Below, in pieces: positions 27,235 to 35,155 of a DNA stretch of 64,000 nucleotides. The stretch is from an uncultured Gemmatimonadales bacterium (GTDB taxonomy: Bacteria > Gemmatimonadota > Gemmatimonadetes > Longimicrobiales > Gaopeijiaceae), in assembly GCA_963809895.1 (NCBI GenBank), contig CAWELD010000003.1, positions 64,001 through 128,000 on the forward strand. The letters run 5' to 3'. Below the pieces are notes generated by a model. That model saw only the letters and a program-made list of their open reading frames with translations. It searched no databases and had not been told where the DNA came from. Within the stretch, counting starts at the first letter, position 1. Each line of letters begins with the position of its first letter. The translations under genes were made by a program, and so were the position numbers.

Positions 27235-28689
27235 ATGCGGTTCCGCTTCCTTTATCTGAACGAAGCGGGAGAGGAGGTGGAGGTCGGAGGCCTGGAAGAG
27301 CTCCGGGCCTGCGTCGCCATGGGGCGGGTGGACGAGAACACCCTCCTGTACGACTCCCTCACGCGCGAGTGGGCGCCAGCACGCGCCCACTCGGCGTATC
27401 GATTGCTGGCCGAGGAGCTCTCCAACCGCTCCAAGGCGGATCGTTCGCCCCGCAAGAAGGCCTCGTCGTCGTCCGACGGCCCCGAGAGCTCGAAGCCGGC
27501 GGACCCGCTGGACGCCGACGACCTGGAGATGAGCCTGGAACCCGGTGGGGAACGCGAGACCCTTCCCGAGCTCACGCCGCTGGACGAGTCCGACATGCCG
27601 GACCCGGTCGCCCTCTTCCTGGAACGGCAGGAGCGGGAGCGCCGTCTCGAGCACGACGAGATGGGAGACGTCGCCTCCGAGCACCCGAGCTTCCACGTTG
27701 TCGAGCCAGCGGACGAGCTGGCCGACCGTCAGGCCGAGGCCATGGGTCCCCCGCCTCCGCCGCCACCCGAGAGGGAGCGGGCCGAGCCGTCTCGCCCGGG
27801 AGACGAGGTCCGACGTGACGAGCCGCGGAGGCGGGAGGAAGACGCCGCCGCCCAGGAGGTGACACCGCCCCGACTGCACATCTCCGGTGCCCCGGAGCCC
27901 ATCGTGAGGAGACCGGTGGGGCGCCGTCGACGCAGGGCGTTTGCGGTGCTCGGCGTCGTGGCGCTTTTCGTGAGCGTGTGGGCCATCGTATGGAGTGGGG
28001 GCGGCGCCGAAGCCGTGGACGGCGCGCCGGCGGTTCGCGATCCCTCCCCTCGGCCGCCTGGTGAGGTGCCCGATGTGGTGGCGGCGGCGCAGGGCTCGGC
28101 CTTCCAGGACATGGTGGTGGCCATGGACAGCCTCAGGCGAGCCTATGGGCTCGTGGGGGGGCCCGAAGGCTGGCTCGACGGCCACTACCTCGCCACGGCC
28201 TCGGCCTACCCCGCGGTGGAGGACTACTGGACCCGCTATCTGGCGTTCGTGAGCGAGCTCCGGACCCGGGACACCACCTTCTTCCGCACGGGCTTCGTCA
28301 AGCGACTCCGAGAGGACGGAATCGAGGGTCCGGTGGTATCCATGCGTCTGGCCAGCGCCATCGAGGAGTTCAGGGCCACCGAGCCGGCGCGGGACTCGCT
28401 CTATAGCGGCATGGAGGACCTGGCGTCCACCTCGCTCGCCTTGCACGCCCTGCTCCTGGAGCGCGAGGACGACGTCGAATACGATCCGGTGCAGCCCGGC
28501 ACGGTGTCCCGGGATCCGGTGGTGGAGGCGTTTCCGCGTGATCCCGCGCTCCGTGACCAGATCTGGAGCCTCCTGGACCGCATCTTCGCCGACATGGAGG
28601 TCGTACAGGGGGGCGTGCCCGGTTCCCGGGACCAGCTCACCGACGCGGCGCTCAAGGAGATTCTCCAGTCAGGCTCCCGTCGGCGGTAG
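27235..28689 (+). CDS. Uncharacterised bitopic membrane protein (GYF-like N-domain, acidic linker, TM, periplasmic helical domain); paralog of 41056-42900
   Basis: Start ATG 27235 (MRFRFLYLNE). TM AFAVLGVVALFVSVWAIVW after RRRRR. Shares N- and C-terminal motifs with the paralog. Confidence 0.75.
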   Translation: MRFRFLYLNEAGEEVEVGGLEELRACVAMGRVDENTLLYDSLTREWAPARAHSAYRLLAEELSNRSKADRSPRKKASSSSDGPESSKPADPLDADDLEMSLEPGGERETLPELTPLDESDMPDPVALFLERQERERRLEHDEMGDVASEHPSFHVVEPADELADRQAEAMGPPPPPPPERERAEPSRPGDEVRRDEPRRREEDAAAQEVTPPRLHISGAPEPIVRRPVGRRRRRAFAVLGVVALFVSVWAIVWSGGGAEAVDGAPAVRDPSPRPPGEVPDVVAAAQGSAFQDMVVAMDSLRRAYGLVGGPEGWLDGHYLATASAYPAVEDYWTRYLAFVSELRTRDTTFFRTGFVKRLREDGIEGPVVSMRLASAIEEFRATEPARDSLYSGMEDLASTSLALHALLLEREDDVEYDPVQPGTVSRDPVVEAFPRDPALRDQIWSLLDRIFADMEVVQGGVPGSRDQLTDAALKEILQSGSRRR

Positions 28690-28701
28690 GCCCGCTGCGC
28701 C

Positions 28702-30981
28702 TCAGAAGGACCAGGCCAGTCCCAGGACCGGCAGGAGCGGCCGCTGCGCCAGCGGCCTCAGATCGGTGTCCCGCCAGGGCTCGAAGTAGTAGAAGAGGGC
28801 GTCGCGGCGATCCAGGGCGTTGAGGATCCGCAGGTACGGACGGATGCGTCCCTGACGCCCCATCCAACTCGCGTCCCACTCCCCGTAGAGCTCCAGGTCG
28901 AAACGCAGGAAGCTGTCGGGGTTTCCCGCGGCGGCCAGTCCGGGGGTCTCTTCGGTGACGGTACTCTGGTCCAACGGGTCCGAGGCCGTCCTGGATCCAT
29001 CCAGGGACACCTCGGTGAAGGGGAGCCCGTCGCTGAAGGAGAGGCGTACGTCCACGCCCCAGGGTCCGGTCACGGGACCCTGATAGCCGGCGCTCAGCAG
29101 ATGGCGGCCCGTGAACTGATCGGCGGCGCCGCCATCGTGAGCCGCCTGCCAAGACCAGCTCAGCGCGTATCCGAACCACCCCGTCCGTTCTCCCCGCACC
29201 GTTTGCAGGCGGAGGTCCACCCCCGACGAGTTGAGCTCCGACTGCACCCCCCCCACGTTCTGGAAGCGCTTCACGAAGCCGCGCAGGCCCAGGTCGACGC
29301 CCCGGGCCAGGTGCTGGTCGAGCCCCAACACCATGTGGTCCGCCGTGGCGACGGCCAGAAGCGGAGGTGCGCGCTCGGTGCCCACCTCGGTGGGGGGCGT
29401 CGGTTCAGGCACCAGGCTCCCCTCCAGGGTGTGGTCGGTGCCCCGGGTGAGCTGGTGGTAGCGGCCCCCGGTCAGGCTCAGGATCGCGTCGTCCGTGACA
29501 CTCCAGCTCAAGGACCCCCGGAGCGCCGTCCGGGTGCCGCCGGGATCGAAGTGATCCAGACGTCCTCCCAGCCGCGCAAGCAGGCCCGGCGCCATCTCGC
29601 GCTGGAGCTCTCCGTACCCTCCCACGACCGAGCCGTCGGAGCGCGTGTCGGTGCGCACCACCCCGTCGTCGGAGAGCAGCCTGGAGGCGTAGTGGAGGTC
29701 GAGGCGGTCCACGTCCAAGCCGAAGCGCACGAGGTCGTCACCCATGCGCGATTCGGCGTCCACGGCCAGTCGCTGGCGCCCGGTCTCGCCCTGGGCCAGG
29801 ACCGGGTTGGCGGGCCCCGCCGAATCGGTGCGCAGGGGGAGCTCGGCATGGTACCGCGACGCCGCGGCCGTCCAGCGGATGCGGGTGGGGCCGATGCCGT
29901 GGGTGAGCCGAGCCGAGACCATGCCGTTGCTCCAACGCGCAGCCTCGGGCACCAGCGGTGTGGCGTCGTTTCCCAGGCGCACCTCTTCCCGGTTTCCGAA
30001 CAGCGTCAGCGACAGGTCCGCGCCGCCCAGGTCGTAGGCGCCCTTCAGGAGTCCGTCCACGTACCCGTACGGCGACGGTGCGCCGTCCAGGAGTCGAGGT
30101 CCCGCGTTGTGAAGCGCCCGGCCTTCCGCCAGCACCCCACCGTTGCCCAGGGGAAGGTCCACGCCGGCGCGGGCCGAGAGGAGGTCGGCGGCACCTTCGA
30201 AACGGGTGTTCCGCCGACCCGGGCGCCGGGTTTCCAGATCCAGGATGTACGAGAGTCCGCCGTCGTAGCGTGCGGGCGCGCCACCGACGTGATGGGCGGC
30301 CCGGGCCAACAGCCCCGGATCGAAGCTGTCCATCAGGCCTGCCAGGTGGAACGGCGTGTACACGGGCGCCCCGTCCAGGAGGACGAGCTTCAGGTCCGCG
30401 GTGGACCCCCGCATGAGCAGGACGTGCGCCGGATCCGCCGGGTCGCGGCCCTCGTTCCCACCAGTGGTCGACGGATCGATCGCCGTCTCCACGAGGCCCG
30501 GGCCGATCTCCAGGATGGCGAGCTGCACGTCGGCGCCCGGGCTGGTGGCGCGCGCCACTCCCTTCGCGTCCGGCTCCGGCACCGCGAAGGGGTCGGCCGT
30601 GACCGTGAGGCCCGGAATGGGCACCGGGTCCGGCGAGAGCTCCAGGTCGAGGTCCATGCTGGCTCCCGCCGGAATCACGACTTCCACCGGTCGGCCCCGG
30701 TGTCCCAGGTAGAGGGCCCGGACCACGGCGGCACCGGGCGGGAGTCCCTCGATCCGGTACCGTCCCTGCGAATCGGTCGTGGCCGTACGAGCCATGCCCG
30801 CGGCCGCTCGCACCTCGACCAGGGCGAATCCCAACGGCCGGGGAGTCCCGTCGGCTACCGAGGTGACCCGCCCCCGGATCTCGGCGCTCGCCACCTGGGC
30901 TTCGGCGACTCCCACGCCGCAAGTGAGGGCCACCAGGCATCCCGACAGGACGTGGAGCGCGGCGGTGCGGAGCGACCTCAT
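28702..30981 (-). CDS. TonB-dependent receptor with a carboxypeptidase-regulatory-like N-domain
   Basis: Signal peptide, IRGRV...TDSQGRYRIEGLPPG, plug LMRG...LLDGAPVYTPFHLAG...GGAPARYDGGLS, terminal LAWSF. Confidence 0.88.
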   Translation of the reverse strand: MRSLRTAALHVLSGCLVALTCGVGVAEAQVASAEIRGRVTSVADGTPRPLGFALVEVRAAAGMARTATTDSQGRYRIEGLPPGAAVVRALYLGHRGRPVEVVIPAGASMDLDLELSPDPVPIPGLTVTADPFAVPEPDAKGVARATSPGADVQLAILEIGPGLVETAIDPSTTGGNEGRDPADPAHVLLMRGSTADLKLVLLDGAPVYTPFHLAGLMDSFDPGLLARAAHHVGGAPARYDGGLSYILDLETRRPGRRNTRFEGAADLLSARAGVDLPLGNGGVLAEGRALHNAGPRLLDGAPSPYGYVDGLLKGAYDLGGADLSLTLFGNREEVRLGNDATPLVPEAARWSNGMVSARLTHGIGPTRIRWTAAASRYHAELPLRTDSAGPANPVLAQGETGRQRLAVDAESRMGDDLVRFGLDVDRLDLHYASRLLSDDGVVRTDTRSDGSVVGGYGELQREMAPGLLARLGGRLDHFDPGGTRTALRGSLSWSVTDDAILSLTGGRYHQLTRGTDHTLEGSLVPEPTPPTEVGTERAPPLLAVATADHMVLGLDQHLARGVDLGLRGFVKRFQNVGGVQSELNSSGVDLRLQTVRGERTGWFGYALSWSWQAAHDGGAADQFTGRHLLSAGYQGPVTGPWGVDVRLSFSDGLPFTEVSLDGSRTASDPLDQSTVTEETPGLAAAGNPDSFLRFDLELYGEWDASWMGRQGRIRPYLRILNALDRRDALFYYFEPWRDTDLRPLAQRPLLPVLGLAWSF

Positions 30982-30987
30982 GGCGGG

Positions 30988-31755
30988 TCAGCGCGCCCGA
31001 AAGCGCAGGGCCGAATCGGGGGTTCGGAGATCGCCCACCGCGTCGGCGGGCGACTCGGCGACACGCCCCTCGACGATGGTGAGGACGACGCGGCCGTTGA
31101 TGCGCAACGAGCTCGAGGTGGATGAGGCCGGGAGCTCGATTCGCACGGGGCCCGCCGGGGCCCTGGCCTCGAGGCGGCCGGCTCCCGACGTGAAACCGGT
31201 GCCCTCGGGGCCGAACACCCCCGCCCGGGTGCCTCGCCGTCGGACCACGATCTCCGATTCGGGGGGCACGGTGAGCACCACGGCGACGGCCCCCGCTTCG
31301 GGGTCGGCCATGGCGCCCAGCTCGACCGGCTGCGCGCCCACCTCCGCCTCGGCGGTGGCGGCGGGCACGGAGTTCGCATCGCCGAAGATCCAGCTGCGCA
31401 CGGGCGACCCCGGGATCACGGCGGCCGCGGCGCCCCCGGCGAGCAACAGGACCAGGCCGGCGGCGCGAGCGAGGGGCCAGCGCAGGACGGACGGGCCGGT
31501 GTGGCGCCCGAGGTCGGCACCCGCCAGGGGTGCGAGCCTCGACCGGACCTCGGCCCAGGCGGCGTCGGTGGGCGCCGGCACGTCCAGAGCGCTCAGGGCC
31601 GTGGATACGGCGCCAGCTCGTGAGCGTGCGCCCTCGAGCCTTCGGCGGCAGTCCAGGCACTCGCCGAGATGCTCGCTCAGCGACGCCCGTTCGTCGACGG
31701 GCAGCTCCCCGTCCAGAAAGGCCAGCAGCTGTCCGGCCGCGGCATGTCCAGTCAC
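30988..31755 (-). CDS. Zinc-binding (ZAS / zf-HC2) transmembrane anti-sigma factor
   Basis: H...LAFLDGEL...HLGECLDC (HxxxCxxC), a TM helix and a beta-rich extracytoplasmic tail; overlaps the sigma stop (GTGA). Confidence 0.85.
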   Translation of the reverse strand: MTGHAAAGQLLAFLDGELPVDERASLSEHLGECLDCRRRLEGARSRAGAVSTALSALDVPAPTDAAWAEVRSRLAPLAGADLGRHTGPSVLRWPLARAAGLVLLLAGGAAAAVIPGSPVRSWIFGDANSVPAATAEAEVGAQPVELGAMADPEAGAVAVVLTVPPESEIVVRRRGTRAGVFGPEGTGFTSGAGRLEARAPAGPVRIELPASSTSSSLRINGRVVLTIVEGRVAESPADAVGDLRTPDSALRFRAR

Positions 31756-32303
31756 GTCGTTCCCTCCTGGGGCGGACCCTCCGGCCCGCCGTTGTCGTCC
31801 GGGTGATAGACGTCGACGAATCGTTGCTGCGCCCGAGCGAGCAGGGTTCCGATGGAGGTCGTCTTCACCTCCACGGCCTCGGCGATCTCCGCATAGCTGA
31901 ACCCCTCTTCTCGCATGAGGAGCAGCGTGCGGTCCCGCTCGCTCAGGGTCCCCAGTGCCTCCCGCACCCTCGCGATGGTGCGCTGCCGCTCCAGCTCCCG
32001 CGCCGGGTCGGGGCTGCCTCCCGGCTCGACCGGGTTCGCTTCCAGCAAGCGGCGGCGGTTCTCGGTGACCCGGTAGTGGTCACGGATCAGGTTTCCCGCC
32101 ACCCGAAACAGCCAGGCCCGCAACGCGCGCGGGGGCCCGTCCACCTCGTCCCGGACCATGCGAACGAAGGCTTCCTGGGCCACGTCCTGGGCCACGTCCG
32201 GGTCTCCGGTGAGCCGTGTGCAGTAGCGATGCAGAGGAGGGAACGCCTCCTCGAAGAGCGTCTGGATCTCCACGGCTCCGTGGGTCCGGGGTGCGAGGCC
32301 CAC
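31752..32303 (-). CDS. ECF RNA polymerase sigma factor (start may be GTG 32273)
   Basis: AQDVAQEAFVRM, RAWLFRVAGNLIRD, LSERDRTLLLMREEGFSYAEIAEAV. Confidence 0.93.
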   Translation of the reverse strand: MGLAPRTHGAVEIQTLFEEAFPPLHRYCTRLTGDPDVAQDVAQEAFVRMVRDEVDGPPRALRAWLFRVAGNLIRDHYRVTENRRRLLEANPVEPGGSPDPARELERQRTIARVREALGTLSERDRTLLLMREEGFSYAEIAEAVEVKTTSIGTLLARAQQRFVDVYHPDDNGGPEGPPQEGTT

Positions 32304-32328
32304 TCACGGCGCCTCTTGGCACAAGTGG

Positions 32329-32354
32329 AACGATCGATGGTCCAAGGATGTGAC
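32329..32354 (-). promoter_or_regulatory. Candidate ECF-type autoregulatory promoter GTCACA-N16-CGTT
   Basis: Minus strand reads GTCACA tccttggaccatcgat CGTT, about 25 bp upstream of the sigma ORF. Confidence 0.5.
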
Positions 32355-32425
32355 GGGGGCCGGTGCGAAGCCAGCCGAGCACCCACCTTGCCGCTGTCGG
32401 AGCCTCGGCGCACCTTGGGCCCGCC

Positions 32426-33655
32426 ATGCCTCCGATCCACGCTCCTCCCCGAGACCCGCCCGCGCGTGGGTGGTACCCGCGGCCGATCCGGCTGGCGCTG
32501 GCCATGGCCCTCGCGGGCGGGGTCTCGTCGGCTTGCGAGCGTCCGCCGGTGCGCGTGACGGTCACGGACAGCGCCGGCGTGGAGGTGGTGACTTCGGAGC
32601 CCGTGCGGGTCCCTCTCCCCGTGGCCTTCCGCGTGGAGCCCACGCCGGTGCTGGACCTGGCCATGAGCACGCCGGACGGCCCGGACCTGTCCACCGTGGT
32701 CATGGGCGCGCTCCTGCCCGGCGGAGAACTCGTCGTGGGTGACGCGGGGGGCGCCCTTCACCGGGTCGGGCTCGACGGGCAGGTGCGCTGGAGTCTCGCT
32801 GCCGCCGGTGCCCTGACGCTGGCTGCGGGTCCGGGGGATTCCGTGACGGCGCTGATCGAGCCGGGGGATTCCCTGGTGGTGCTGGGTCCCTCCGGACTCG
32901 GGCGCCGCGTGGGTCTCGTCTGGACGAGCGCGGCACCCCTGGGTGAGCTCTTCCCCGTGGACGGGGGCTTCGTGGCACTCACCGGATGGTCGACCCGCAT
33001 GCTCGGGGAGAGCGCCTCGGCGGGACTGCGCGAAGATCCCGCCGCACTGGTGCGCTTCGGCGAGTCGGGCGCGCTGCTCGACACCCTGGCCACGCCCATG
33101 GGGAGCCAGGTGGGGTTGGTGGGCATCGGTGGGAGGCTGGCACTGGCTCCACCTCATTTCCCGCGCCTCACGCTCCTGGCCGCGGCGGGCGGCCGTCTCT
33201 TTCTGGGCACGGGCGCGCGCGACGAGGTGCTCGAGCTGGATCCCTCGGGGACCCGGCGCAGGATCCTTCGCCGTGCTGGGCGCAGCCTGGCCATCGACGA
33301 CCGGGACCGTGCCGCCGCGCGGGCGTTCCGGCAGCGGCTCCTCGGCGGCAACCCGCTCGCGGCCGGACTGGGCGCCGAGCTGGACCGCGCCCTCCCCATG
33401 CCGGAGCGAATGCCCCCCTACGCCGACCTGATCGCCGACCCGGACGGGCGCCTGTGGGTGGGCGACTACCCGGATCCGGGCGAGGCTCCCTCGGTCTGGA
33501 CCGTGTACGGCTCCGACGGTGGGCTCCTGGGCACGGTGACCCTGCCGATCCGTTTCCACCTTCTGGACGTCGGTGGCGGCCGCATTCTCGGGAACGTCCC
33601 CGGGGGTGCCTCGAGCACCGTGCGCGTCTACGACCTCGTCACTCCCGAACCCTGA
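32426..33655 (+). CDS. Lipoprotein, 6-bladed beta-propeller-like
   Basis: Lipobox VSSA-C, VTDSAGVEVV, PPYADLIADPDGRLWVGDY...WTVYGSDGGLLGTVTLP. Start uncertain. Confidence 0.7.
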   Translation: MPPIHAPPRDPPARGWYPRPIRLALAMALAGGVSSACERPPVRVTVTDSAGVEVVTSEPVRVPLPVAFRVEPTPVLDLAMSTPDGPDLSTVVMGALLPGGELVVGDAGGALHRVGLDGQVRWSLAAAGALTLAAGPGDSVTALIEPGDSLVVLGPSGLGRRVGLVWTSAAPLGELFPVDGGFVALTGWSTRMLGESASAGLREDPAALVRFGESGALLDTLATPMGSQVGLVGIGGRLALAPPHFPRLTLLAAAGGRLFLGTGARDEVLELDPSGTRRRILRRAGRSLAIDDRDRAAARAFRQRLLGGNPLAAGLGAELDRALPMPERMPPYADLIADPDGRLWVGDYPDPGEAPSVWTVYGSDGGLLGTVTLPIRFHLLDVGGGRILGNVPGGASSTVRVYDLVTPEP

Positions 33656-33694
33656 ATGATCGTGCTACCGAACCTCTCCGATGGAGTCGACACC

Positions 33695-35020
33695 ATGCGT
33701 CGTCCTTTTGTCGTGCTCGCCGCGCTGGCGGGCGTTCTGTCCGTGGCTCCGAGGCTGGGCGCCCAGGAAGCGCCGGCTCAGGACGCGCGCATCGCCGCTG
33801 CGCTGGACGCCGTCTCGCCTGACAGCCTGGCGGCCTATCTACGCACCCTCGTTTCCTTCGAGACGCGCCACACGCTGTCGGCCGATCTGGCGCCGGACCG
33901 CGGCATCGTCCCGGCGCGCCAGGCCATTCTGGAGCGCTTCCGGTCGTTCAGCCCACGGCTCCAGCCAGCCCTCGACTGCTACAGGATTCCGGAGCAGGGG
34001 CGGATCACCGCCGAGGCCGAGGTCTGCAACGTCGTGGCGATCCTCCCCGGCAGGAGCCCACGGCGTATCTACATCAGCGGACATTTCGACACGGTGGCCC
34101 GCCGGGAGGGGGAGGGCTTCGATTGGTCGCGCTGGGACAATCCCGCGCCAGGAGCCAACGACGACGGCAGCGGCACCGTGCTCACCATGGAGCTGGCTCG
34201 CGTCCTGTCGCAGAGCGGGCTCGAGTTCGACGCCACCCTGGTGTTCGTCGCCTTCGCCGGCGAGGAGGAAGGGCTCATCGGCGCGACCCTGCACGCCCAG
34301 AACGCGGCCCGGGATTCCCTGCGCATCGACGCGGTCTTCAACAGCGACATCATCGGCAACAGCCACGGTGGCAACGGTCTCGTGGACGGAACCACGGTGC
34401 GTGTCTTCGCCGAAGGTCCCGAGGATTCCATGTCGCGGCAGATGGCTCGCTACATTCGACGCTGGGCGGCCGTGTACGTGCCGGGGCATCACGTGCGCCT
34501 CATCGCTCGCGAAGACCGCTTCGGGCGTGGTGGCGACCACACCGCCTTCAACGGTGTGGGCTACGCCGGCGTGCGCTTCTCCGAGGCCAAGGAGAACTAC
34601 TCCAGACAGCACTCGGTCGACGACACCTTCGACGGCGTGGACTTCGACTACCTGTCACGTAACGCGCGCGTGGTGGGCTCCGGGGCCGCGACCGTGGCTC
34701 TGGCTCCGCCGGCTCCGGTGGTCGATGGCGGACGGGGACCCATGCTGGGCCGTGGCCAGACCGGATACGACGCGGCGCTCCGCTGGATCAAGAGCCGAGG
34801 AGCCGTGGCCTACCGCGTGGTCTGGCGCGAGGCCTGGACCCCGGATTGGCAGTACGAGCGCATCGTGGGAGACGTGGATCGCGTGACGCTTCCGGACCTG
34901 TCCATCGACGACTACGTGTTCGGCGTTGCCGCCATCGATGCCGATGGACACGAGAGCCTGGTGTCTCCCTTCGTGCGCCCGCCGCGGGGCTTCAGTCCCG
35001 TCGAGGAGATCGGGCGCTGA
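33695..35020 (+). CDS. Secreted M28 family peptidase with a C-terminal FN3-like domain
   Basis: ISGHFDT, APGANDDGSG, AGEEEGLIG, NSDIIG, RGGDH; C-terminal FGVAAIDADGHES. Confidence 0.92.
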   Translation: MRRPFVVLAALAGVLSVAPRLGAQEAPAQDARIAAALDAVSPDSLAAYLRTLVSFETRHTLSADLAPDRGIVPARQAILERFRSFSPRLQPALDCYRIPEQGRITAEAEVCNVVAILPGRSPRRIYISGHFDTVARREGEGFDWSRWDNPAPGANDDGSGTVLTMELARVLSQSGLEFDATLVFVAFAGEEEGLIGATLHAQNAARDSLRIDAVFNSDIIGNSHGGNGLVDGTTVRVFAEGPEDSMSRQMARYIRRWAAVYVPGHHVRLIAREDRFGRGGDHTAFNGVGYAGVRFSEAKENYSRQHSVDDTFDGVDFDYLSRNARVVGSGAATVALAPPAPVVDGGRGPMLGRGQTGYDAALRWIKSRGAVAYRVVWREAWTPDWQYERIVGDVDRVTLPDLSIDDYVFGVAAIDADGHESLVSPFVRPPRGFSPVEEIGR

Positions 35021-35155
35021 GTTCAGCAATCATGCCTGGACGTCTGTCCGAGTCGTTGCGGCCCTGCTGCCGCATGGCCCGTCCGCCGCCTTTCGGCCGG
35101 CGCGGTGGCGCCGTATTGTCCTCGTTCCCATTGGACCCCGTTGATGGAGCCTCGA

